64,000 bases of DNA from Octopus bimaculoides (taxonomy: Eukaryota). Each line of letters opens with the position of its first letter. The first letter of the stretch is position 1. The DNA lies in the NCBI RefSeq assembly GCF_001194135.2, contig NC_068995.1, positions 18,072,267 through 18,136,266 of the forward strand. Reading direction: 5' to 3'. The position numbers and the translations under genes are program-made. Positions 29,536-40,063 of this stretch are shown here, one piece after another. Under the pieces are notes generated by a model. That model made no database searches and was not told the DNA's origin. It saw only the letters and a list, made by a program, of their open reading frames with translations.

Positions 29536-29717
29536 TTTGCTTTGGATAAAAGAAAAAATAAAGACTGAACATTTAATTGTGATTGTATTCAACATATTCC
29601 CCCTCTCAGATTCACACACTTATTGCAGCGGTCCTTCAGTTTTTCTAAGCCTTGTAAAATAACTCGAAGTTATTGCGATGCACATAAAGCCAGGAAATTT
29701 TCAGCACCCCCCTCGTA
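29536..29717 (-). mobile_element. Mariner-derived non-autonomous element (MITE), one TIR retained
   Basis: The TIR-like end aaagccaggaaattttcagcacccccctcgTA ends in a TA target. The minus strand translates LQGLEKLKDRCNKCVNLRG(+1 frameshift)EYVE, matching the mariner transposase C-terminus GI..L..RW.KC....G.YVE. The opposite TIR is decayed. Confidence 0.8.
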
Positions 29718-30181
29718 AATATTTTGCAGTACTGTAATCATAGAAGGACACACCTAATGCAAGTATGGCAACACAACCGTCATTTGTTTGGACGATTGCA
29801 TTACTGATTGCACGGCAGATCTGATCTTATATCAGACAGTCAATGCTGTAGTTAAAAAGTTCAGCTGCAATGAAAACAACAATATATATAATATGTTGAA
29901 TATTTATACGATTGAATTCAAATTTCCTGTCATTATCCCGTCATATTTCTAGATTTCTAAACAAAGATATTTGGCATAAACGTCAAATTAGGTTATCAAC
30001 ATTTTGGAATATTTTTCTGAGTCGTGATCCTGATCTGTTTGCCAAAACCTGATTTCATGTTCAGCTTTAATATTCTCATCTGATTTACGAACATCCGGAA
30101 ATACAAAATTTCTCTTTACTTTTGACTAGAATGATTCAGCTAAACCACATAGTATAACCCCGAGGAATTATTGCTTTCAAA

Positions 30182-30380
30182 TTTTGGCATAAGTATTTCA
30201 ATCAAGTCGATTACATGGAACCTCACCCCACCCAGTGTTTAACTGGTACTTGTTTAAAGAACCCCGAAAAGACAAAAGGCAAAGTTGGCCTCGGTGAAAC
30301 TTGACCACAGGAATGAAAGAAGAATGAAATGCTGCTAGATAGTTTGCCCGGAGTGCTAACGATTCTGTCATTACGACGCC
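30182..30380 (-). mobile_element. SINE family A, degenerate
   Basis: aactggtacttg ... aaccccgaaaagacaaaaggcaaagttggcctcggtgaaacttga ... tttgcccggagtgctaacgattctgtc. Confidence 0.85.
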
Positions 30381-30723
30381 ATCCGATGAATCATTAAGCG
30401 AATGGCTTTTTATATCATTTCTTGGACCAATGAAAATTTCATTCAACGTAATGTATGACCATATTTTTAATGGAAACAAGAAATGAAATAGTCAAGTAAA
30501 AATAACTTTCAGGAAAAAAAAATCTGCTCTAATTGCAACGAACAAGTGATGATGCCTTGAGTACTGCAAACTATTTTAGCAAATGTGCATTTTACATTAT
30601 GTTAATTAAATAAAACTATATGTGTGTATGTATGTCTGCATTCAGATGCATGCTAGCCACACACGGCGCACGCTAGTACGCACACGTGCATGCACATACA
30701 TACACATATTCAGATACACATAA

Positions 30724-30938
30724 TTCTCTTCTAACCTAGGCAGACGGCCCGAAATTTTGGGGGAGGGAGCCAGTCGATTAGATCAACCACAGTACGCAAC
30801 TGGTACTTAGTTTATCAACCTTGAAAAGATGAAGGGCAAAGTCGACCTCGGCGGAATTTGAACTCAGAACGTAAAGACAGACCAAATGCCACTACGCATT
30901 TCGACCGGCGTGCTAACGTTTCTACCAGCTCGTCGCCT
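30724..30938 (-). mobile_element. SINE family A, full length
   Basis: ctaggcagacggcccgaaattttgggg ... caactggtactt ... ggcaaagtcgacctcggcggaatttgaactcagaacgtaaagac ... cggcgtgctaacgtttctaccagctcgtcgcc. Confidence 0.93.
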
Positions 30939-33170
30939 TTCACACACAGATAATCGATTCTGTTGTAAATTGCGATACGCCTAGAAGACCGAACTGACGA
31001 GGCAAATGTGGACAAGAGATGAAAATATACAAAGTTAGTTGAGTTAGATCGTGTCAGTTGTTAACGAACAAAATGGGCCACACTGAAGCGAGTTGCAAAG
31101 GGTTCGCAGTTCAGTTCTTCTAAGGAGCTTACGACGTGCTTCGCAACATAAAGGCTGTTAAGTAAAAATCCTCCTGTTAATTATGGTTATGGCAAAAGTT
31201 TCTTGAAGATTTTTTTCGTATCGAGATATGGGGAACGTTGAAAAGTTAGTGTTATCCAGTGAAATAAGTGAACAAAGGCTGGATAGCTTGGGTGATAGTT
31301 ACTGATTTTTGAATGCCCCCAGGCAACACATGACTCCATACAACGTGATTGACTACGTTTGCCTGTGCTCCACATATTGATACATATTATAATCTATTAT
31401 AAATACGTTCATACATGTATATTCACTTACACACAATACATACACACACACTCACACATACAAACACACATACACATATATATATGAGTGTATATTTGTG
31501 TATATATGGCTGTGTATGCGTGCAAGTATGTGTTTGGGTGTGGAGGGGTGTATGTATGTATGTGTGTGTATTCACTAATACGTTAATCAGTCTAGGATTA
31601 AAATTATCCATCGCCTAGCATATCCAGAAGTGATGAGAGGCTTTCCAATGCACTTCTCAGTCATATCTTATGAATGTCCATCACCTTCCTAATTTCGCCC
31701 CCCCCCCCCATGTTTTTGCTGTAAGTTGATGAGCAAATATATTTCCAAAAATACCTCTCAAAATGTGTATAGTAAGCCCGATTATCCAATTAGCTTCGAT
31801 GATCTGACAAGAACCTTTGTTTATAACGCCAGATAATTATATTATTAATTTAGGTCATAGAGAAAATATAAATGTCGATATCATAGAGGAAATAATTCGT
31901 TTATAAATTGACTGATTTTCAAGGAAGTGTACACAAACACATCGAATAGCCAATATGATGTGTATATAGTCGTGAAATTTAAGAAGGAAAATATGGCAGT
32001 TAAGAGACATGAAGGTGGAAGAACGCTATGCGTTTACTAAGGAATGACCAAAGGTTCATACAATTGCTTCAAACAACAGCGAACTTAATACTGACATTGT
32101 GAAAAGAGAGGAACGACGTAGCGGATTTAAATGCCATTAGCGTTACACTTTATTATAACTGTTCATATATAAATTGAACTGTTTCATTATCCGTTTATGC
32201 GAAATGCAAATGCAACATACATTGTGATATGGAGGAAACGATTTAGAATGATCATCAGTTCTCTATTTCTTCTTCCTACTCCGTTCTAACATTCATTTCC
32301 TTTTTCTCTCTTTCTTCCTTCTTTTCTTTCTCCATATCGTTCATACACACACTTCTTTATGTTTCTGTAATTCCTAGCCATTATACTTATATGCTAATGT
32401 ACTGACAATGCTCGGCATAATGAAAGGTGCACTAAAATATCTTAGTATAATGGAGGCAACGTAATTTATATCTACATATAAAACCTTATTTCTATGTTTA
32501 CAGAAGTTCAAGCCTCAAATATCATGTGTTACACACATTCCTCATTCAATAAGGAGATGCATTATAAGTATTTTCTGATTGAAATGAAATGCATCCGAAT
32601 AAATACTATGGTTAAATGCATATGTAATACAAGTAAAATCTACGAATTATAAAATATAAACGAACTAATTTGAAAACTGCGGAAATATTTACAAAAGGGA
32701 TACATTTTAAACAAATCTTACAATATATACAATATTATATTTTGTTTGAAAATTATATTAGGGTCGCTCCAGAGTTTGTTTATAGGTGACAGAATAAATC
32801 AACATGTAACGTATATGAAGACATTTTAAATTGAACACAATTTGACATAATTTGCGTTGAAAGCGTAAATACTCCTTTTCAACGCTAAAGAGAAGAGAAA
32901 GCAGAACAGTTTTCCACTTGTAACTCCATCACATGCTGGTAGCGCTGACAATGTTATAACAAGCACATTTATTTCTATCGTGAATTACAAAATCTGTTCC
33001 ATGACCCGTGCTGTATGGCGTAGGAGATTAATAGCATGTCAATAACACTACCTGTGAAGGAACGAAAACAGGAGCAACAACTGCACCACTGCTCATTCGA
33101 AAGCATCACGTGATCACTTCTGGATTCTGATATGTGCTGAATAAGATTAGACTAACATATTTGCTTTCAG

Positions 33171-33271
33171 CGCGAGATTCAAAAGCCATAACAAGGACTG
33201 CAACAATCGGTGCAGCGTGACTACAACAAATAACATTAAGGCCTACCTTGGTGGCAATATATAAGTGACAG
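33171..33271 (+). other. Candidate 101-nt non-coding or UTR exon
   Basis: Branch-point-like GACTAAC (33150-33156) precedes the acceptor atatttgctttcAG; the donor is CAG|GTAACA at 33272. All three frames contain a stop. Confidence 0.25.
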
Positions 33272-34086
33272 GTAACATCGGCAACAACAATGACATAAAT
33301 ATCTGATGAACGTAACTCTCACAAAAGTATTACTAACGTAGCACAAACATTAAAAGCAAATGAAACGCGTTATTATAATTATTATCTTTGTCGGTGTTGT
33401 TGATTTCAGTACAGATTGGATGAATTTTTTAGTATCCGTCTACGAAGTTCTGGATAAGGATATATTTAAACTGCGTACAAGTTCATTCTTGGAATGTTTT
33501 TCGGGCGTAATTTCTTACGAAGTATTATTTGAACTTTTAAGTTTTCACTATCGTTACGCCCCACCCCAAAAAGTGCTTACATTCTGAAATGTTTGTTTTC
33601 ATATATTTGTCTCAATAGATGTTTAGCAGAGAGAGGCACAGCGGTCACAAAATCTAATTACATGGAAATGAACACTTAGCTAGAGTATCTTAAATCCAGT
33701 GAAGTAAAAAATGTATTTGAAGAACATTTTGAAGCAAAATACATGATCCCTGTAGATGAAAATATGCACGTTGTATAATAATATTAAACACGATTCCAAC
33801 GATAAGCTGGCAAAAATATATTAAATGGAAAAGACAAAACACACACACGTACGCGCATACACGCACACATTCAGGTACACACAAACACTTACAGACTAGT
33901 GAAGCGCCTTCCACCGAAAGAAAGTAATGCTCTATTTCTTAATGATAGAAATTCCATTAGGTCAGATTCCTTCTGCATGCATCATTTCCAATCGACGAAT
34001 TTTAGATAAATACCTTTAGACAAAACGAAAACAAAACATAACATCATGTTACAAAATGTGATTTTCTGCATTAAATTTTCGCACAG

Positions 34087-34129
34087 GCACAAAGCAGATG
34101 GAAGTCAAGCTACTTGTGCATTTGTAGAG
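34087..34129 (+). other. Candidate 43-nt exon
   Basis: Acceptor ttttctgcattaaattttcgcacAG and consensus donor GAG|GTAAGT. Two frames are open (HKADGSQATCAFVE; AQSRWKSSYLCICR). No homology recognised. Confidence 0.3.
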
Positions 34130-34504
34130 GTAAGTGATTTTACCTAGTGCTCCCGAAAAAAAAGATGGTAAAAGAAAACTATTGGGGAATTTCTGTCTCT
34201 GAAAGAAGGAGCGAATATCTCTTGTAGCATTCCAGCGAGTGCGTACACCGCTATATGAAATTCGGTGATAAAATTTGACAAGGCGAAAAGCCAAGTGGCG
34301 TTAGTGCGTCAAACACTTGACCATAGACTACTTACAATGTTTCCCGATTGTAAGGACATGTGGGTCATCGTAAAAAAATAAAACCATCGGCAAAATGTCG
34401 ACATGCCTAATTAAATCACATGGCACATTGTCAATTTTATTTATTTCGGAGCACATTATGGACAAGTGGGAAGCAATACGTAACTGTTTTACTTTGTTGG
34501 GATA

Positions 34505-34534
34505 TCTATTTATTTATTTATTTGTTTATTTATT

Positions 34535-34620
<86 letters not shown>

Positions 34621-34760
34621 CAGCGGTGGTGGTGGTGGTGGTGGTGGTAGTGGTGGTAGTGGTGGTAGTGGTGGTAGTGGCAGCAGCAGCAGCAGTAGTG
34701 GTAGTAGTAGTAGTAGTTGTAGTAGTAGTAGTAGTAGTAGTAGTAGTTGTAGTAGTTAGT
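34505..34760. repeat. Compound microsatellite TTTA-TTA-GTA-GTG-GCA-GTA
   Basis: Read directly. Confidence 0.97.
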
Positions 34761-35650
34761 GTCAGAAAATTATCGTAGAAGGAATATAAGCTACGCGGAT
34801 ATTACTCTTAGATATGTGACCCGCGATATACGCTTTCGTATCAAGTTTGTGTAAGTTGATAATACGAGCATTGTGATCTTATATTACATGTTGATTATCT
34901 AAGACAGAAGACGTTATCGGTTCGTGATTCTCCAGACTGTATGCTAGCTGTTTTCTTAGATAAATTACTGCGAAATTCACTGTCAAAATTTTGTTCGTAG
35001 TGCAAAGGGTAATTCTTAGGATTCAGTATATATTGGTGAGCCTTAGCAATGTAAACGTATCAAGTTGTATTATTAATTATTTCATTATCGTGAATCATGT
35101 GAATGGTAGAGTTGGTATGACAGTTAGGCACAGTTAGTCATGCTACTTTCCGTCCTCATTTCGGAAACAGCTGTGAATAGTCTTCCATCCCACGGAGTTC
35201 AACTTTACTTTATGAAGGGCTCATAAAATACACATTTGTGGGGGACTAGAGATGGTAGATGTTTGCTTTTCGTTAAAATAATGAGAAGTATATTCAAACT
35301 GCTATTTGGTAGGGTGATAGCAGAATCAGTAAAGTGTCAGTGCTTAATATTTTGCTGTATATGGTTAGAGAAATTTACGTTAAGATTACTCAAATATAAA
35401 TATAGCGTACATCACAGCGATCGAACCATTCTGCTATTCCGGTAATAAATTCAGAAGTCATTACTTTGCCGAAAAAGTACCAGAGAAAATATCTTGATGC
35501 ATTCAATTACATCTTTTTTTTTACGTATTCATATTCTACTGCTGAATTTGTTTTTTACAAGATCGACATTCATCTGTGCTGTTCATATACTGCGGTCAAT
35601 ATTATCGAATATAACTCTTTCTTCCGAATCTGAAACCGCGCACCAATCGT

Positions 35651-35859
35651 TTCTATTCTAGGCACAAGGCCTGAAATTTTGAGGGAAGGAGGCAGTCAAT
35701 TAGATCGACCACAGTACACAAGTGGTACTTAATTTATCGACCCCGAAAGGATGAAATGCAAAGTCGATCTCGGTGGAATTTGAACTCAGAACGTAAAGAT
35801 ATAGGATATACCGCTAAGCATTTCGCCCGGCATGCTAACGTTTCTGCCAGATTGCCGAC
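35651..35859 (-). mobile_element. SINE family A, full length
   Basis: ttctattctaggcacaaggcctgaaatttt ... ggtacttaatttatcgaccccgaaaggatgaaatgcaaagtcgatctcggtggaatttgaactcagaacgtaaag ... catttcgcccggcatgctaacgtttctgccag. Confidence 0.95.
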
Positions 35860-35896
35860 TTCGCAACCATGTACCATTGCGAAATCAATGTTTTAA

Positions 35897-36083
<187 letters not shown>

Positions 36084-37319
36084 AAAATGTTTTGTGTTAT
36101 ACTCCTCATTATAATTAGATACAGAGGCCACATCAAACTGCAATTTCATGGCTGATTTTATTATAATTCATGGGATAAGAGGAGTTCAATCAGCAGAATA
36201 CTAGCCAAATGCCTTGTATTATTCATTTACTTTCCTGAATACTGCATGTTCAAACAACGCCAGTTTTACATCTCTTTTGATCCTTCTAAGTTATATGTAT
36301 TTAATCTATTGCAAGTTGCAGAATGACAAAGGTTTACAACGCCTGGTGGATGTAATGTGCTGCCGGACGTAGTTTGGTTCCTCAGTGTTATGAATTCAAA
36401 TAGACGTGTTGTTATCTCTAACATTCTTCCGTCCGGTGTTTATGAACTAAGAAATATTAACATGCTTGTAATCGTTTGCATCCCTTTCTCACAACCACGT
36501 AGCTTTATAACAATTTCTCATTCTCTTTTTAAACATTTCATTTCTTTACCTGTGTCCACTCGTGTTCATGTTGTAATCCGGTTACTTACGCCTAGCGCAA
36601 TTATGGCTAGAATGTTACATATTATAAACAAAAGACGGCAAGTAGACGGCAACACTTATATAAAAAGAAAATTATATTTAACAAATTGTTACTGATAAAA
36701 TGCAGAATATATAAATATATAATTGTGCTTTCGTGTCACTGATATGAAGATAAAGTTTGCAGAAGATTATTTGGTTGCATATCTCCTACGTTGGCAACAT
36801 TATTTTCCAATGTATTAATCAACTCATATCAAAAGTCAATGTACGAAATGGCGGCGAATAATCTAGACAACAGAACATTTCACAATACACCTGGTGGTAC
36901 TTGATCCATTACTTCATATTCAGAGTTCATAGTAGGTTGCGATCAAAATTGATTTTATTGTTTAGAGCTTTCACTGTTCTGAGTTCGTTAAAATAATGAA
37001 CCAGTCCAGTATTTAGTCGGTATAATTCAAGTAATTCCTGTATTGTATTCTGGTCCGTGTATATGTCAGAAGCAATTATCAACGTTCCGAGAATTTGGTA
37101 GGTTTCTGTGTGACATTGTTAAATAGGAAGTTTATTTCCCTCGCATCACACCTGCAAATTTAAACAATAAAAAAAAAAAAAAAAAAAAAAAAGAATATAC
37201 TGAATGCAACATGCTCGTATATAACATTAATGTAAAGAGATAAACAAAACATCGTATCGAAGAAGTCTACACGATGAGGACCGACATTAGTTCCAAAATA
37301 CTGCTATTGCTACTTCTGC

Positions 37320-37410
37320 TACTGCTGCTGCTGCTGCCACTACAACAATAACAACAACAACAACTACTACTACTACTACTACTACTGCATCTGCTGCTGC
37401 TACTACAGTA
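37320..37410. repeat. Compound (CTG)/(CAA)/(CTA) trinucleotide repeat
   Basis: Read directly. Confidence 0.9.
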
Positions 37411-37660
37411 TAACGTCGATTAAGCGATTTTTCTTCACCTTGCTAATTAATGAATATTTAATTTGGTAATCTCATTTATGAAGGAATTGCTTCGGAGTGT
37501 ATTAGCATCTCTTATACTTTTTATAAAGTCTCTTCAAATTATTTTGATTTTTGCTGCTATTGTTGTTGTTTAGCACCGGGTGGCACGTGATCGATCAAAA
37601 GTATAATCAAAAGCATTGCAACTGTGTTATATATGTGTATGTGTGTGTGTGTGTGTGCGT

Positions 37661-37730
<70 letters not shown>

Positions 37731-37746
37731 TTATATATATGTAGCA

Positions 37747-38121
37747 GGCGCAGTGGCCCAGTGGTTAGGGTAGTGAACTCGGGGTTGTAGGATCGCGCCT
37801 TCGATTCCTAGACCGGGCACTGTCAGTGTTTATTGAGCAAAGATACCTAAAAGCTCCACGAGGATCTAGCAGGGTAGTGGCGAACCCTGCTGTAATCTTT
37901 CATCACAATTTTCTCTCACTCTTTCTTTCTGTTTCTGTTGTATCTGAATTTCAAATGTCAAGCCTTCTCACAATCTGTGTCACGCTGAATCTCCCCGAGA
38001 ACTACCTTATGAGTATACGTGTCTGTGGAGTGCTCAGCCATTGCACGTTAATTTCACGCCCAGGCTGTTCCGTTGATCGGATCAACTGGAGATCTCGTCG
38101 TCGTAACCGACGGAGTGCAAC
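37747..38121 (+). mobile_element. tRNA-derived SINE family C, full length
   Basis: A box TGGCCCAGTGG at 37754-37764 and B-box-like TTCGATTCC. The body (ggcgaaccctgctgta ... cacgctgaat ... gtctgtggagtgctcagcca ... ggctgttccgttgatcg) is colinear with 17952-18335. Preceded by (TG)n at 37630-37730 and followed by (TA)n. Confidence 0.93.
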
Positions 38122-38166
38122 GAGATATATGCATATGCATATATATATATATATATATATATATAG

Positions 38167-38537
38167 CGGACGTGGTTCCTCCTGACGATGTCTTCAGCTA
38201 ACTGGATCCTAATTCACCAAGGGAAGGTATGTCGGAAGAAAGTAATTCAACAACGCGGGTTGATGAACCGTAAGACGTGTGGCCAGAACCTCATGGAAAA
38301 TAACCATAGCGAGGGTTATTCCACAGTTGAATTAGAACAGTCACAAACAGTGAAAGAAGACATGCACCCAACACCAGAGCTGAAGACACCTCCGAAAGGG
38401 GGTGGCCCCGCCAAGTCAAAACGGTAGAGGAGTAGGGGCCGAAACCGGACGTGGTTCCTCCTGATGATGTCTTGAGCTAACCGGATCCTATAAAGGAGCT
38501 GTTGTGGTAGCAGACCACGAAACATGGTTGAAATTCC
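38167..38537 (+). mobile_element. Direct-repeat element with hammerhead-like motifs (candidate retrozyme or Penelope pseudo-LTR fragment)
   Basis: 45-bp direct repeat at 38167-38211 and 38446-38490 (3 mismatches, period 279 nt). CTGANGA at 38182, 38380 and 38461. Stem-closed GAAAC at 38441 (GGCCCC/GGGGCC) and 38519 (GTGGT/ACCAC). (TA)n on both sides. Canonical core spacing is not exactly met. Confidence 0.55.
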
Positions 38538-38562
38538 TATATATATATATATATATATATAT

Positions 38563-39605
38563 ACTAGCTGGTGCACCCTGTAATTTTCGAGAGTAAAGAT
38601 GTTCTGTTGAAGCGCCTTGCGCCTTATTACCCTGATATAAGAAAGTAATTTCGTTATGACTGCCACAAAAGGTATATTTTCAGTCCCGAAAAAGTACAAA
38701 GAGCTGTCAGCTGGAGGAGGGAAAGATTGATGGAGGTTAGTGAGAGAGGTCTTCGGAGGTTGGCGAGAAAGGTTGTCGGAGGTCGGTGAGAAGCGAAGAC
38801 ATTATTCTGCTTTGCGAAGGCATCTGGGAAATGTATGACTGCTGTCATTCACAGAAACTGTTAGAAAAGCGCTCTTGAAATGTTAAGTGAAATTTGGCAA
38901 TCGAGGATCGAATCCACGCTAAGCCTGCATGAAGCCACTACAAATACGTAGTAGAATAAAAAGTTATCTGCTGTCATGGACAAAGTGTCCTTAAAAGTGC
39001 AGAATTATCGACGTAATTGGCATTCAAGAATGTATGTATGTATAGAAATGTATAGATGAAGTCTTAGTGTTTAAGATTCAAATTAACGAAATGCAATAAT
39101 GTTTAACAGTTCAAAACTGTGAGTAGTTAACTGCAGAATTAGGTCAGAATTTGTAATATGTAGTAGATAGAAGGATCCATTGGAGGGGTCCTATTATCGA
39201 TTTTTTTTCACGAGGTTTCCAGTCGTGAGTTCTACTCACGTGTCAAATAAGGTATAAAAGTGAATTTGTCTGAAAAAATTAGAAATGGAACACACAAAAA
39301 AATCAATATTCAAAGTAATTGAACATAAACAATGAAATTGGTTATTTCCTACGAGTGTTTTAAAAAATTGTACAGGTGCTAAGGGTTATTTCCCTTGGAT
39401 GTTTAAAAAAATAGTTAAATGAGGTAGATAAAAATGTCCCTTCCAGAGTCCGTATTAACGATTTTTTTCAACAATGTAAGTATGTCACTAGCTTTCCAGA
39501 CATGAGTTCTGCTCACGTATCAAATTTCATCAATATCAATAAAACAATGTAGGAGGAGTTAGATAACAACGTCACAAACAAACATACCGATTTTACACAT
39601 ATGTA

Positions 39606-39608
<3 letters not shown>
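38563..39608 (+). mobile_element. Probable non-autonomous Helitron/Helentron-derived element (HINE/Lep1-like)
   Basis: Begins TA-CTAGC and ends tatcaaatttcatcaatatc ... gtaggaggagttagata ... acaaacaaacataccgatttt ... tagTATA inside (TA)n. This resembles the DINE-1/Lep1-type 3' block as I recall it. An internal 33-bp repeat (39216-39248 and 39493-39525) carries a GTGAG/CTCAC stem-loop. No coding capacity recognised. Confidence 0.5.
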
Positions 39609-39660
<52 letters not shown>

Positions 39661-39894
39661 TAGCTGTCAATACATTGCAGGATATCATTTAGTATTTAAG
39701 TGGTATTTCACTTGAGAATGTTCTCTTTGTTTCATTACCAGCAGAGATGTGGATTGTGTGAATGGCGATAACTAGAAAATGAGTAGAAGTTTTCAATAAT
39801 TCAATCTGTATTATTAGTAACAGACTTTTATGTAGAGTACTCAAAGTATGCGACAAATCTTACAAAGGATTCATTATGAAAACGTTTTCTTTCG

Positions 39895-39927
39895 TGTATC
39901 TATCTATCTATCTATCTATCTATCTAA

Positions 39928-39993
<66 letters not shown>

Positions 39994-40021
39994 ATCTATC
40001 NNNNNNNNNNNNNNNNNNNNN

Positions 40022-40060
<39 letters not shown>
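39895..40060. repeat. (TATC)n, N gap at 40001-40021, then (TA)n
   Basis: Read directly. Confidence 0.97.

Positions 40061-40063
<3 letters not shown>

Noticed and set aside
38188-38427. 79-aa ORF inside the 279-nt unit (unit length is a multiple of 3, with one stop per round in this frame)
   Set aside because: No recognisable homology; ORFs of this size are expected by chance in ~50% GC DNA, and the second repeat copy has a TGA early in the same frame. Revisit only if a circular RNA is shown.
38654-38848. Minus-strand ORF inside the Helitron-like element considered as a helicase remnant
   Set aside because: The diagnostic FP...AFAMTINKSQGQ and HGQLYVA motifs are not present on careful translation.
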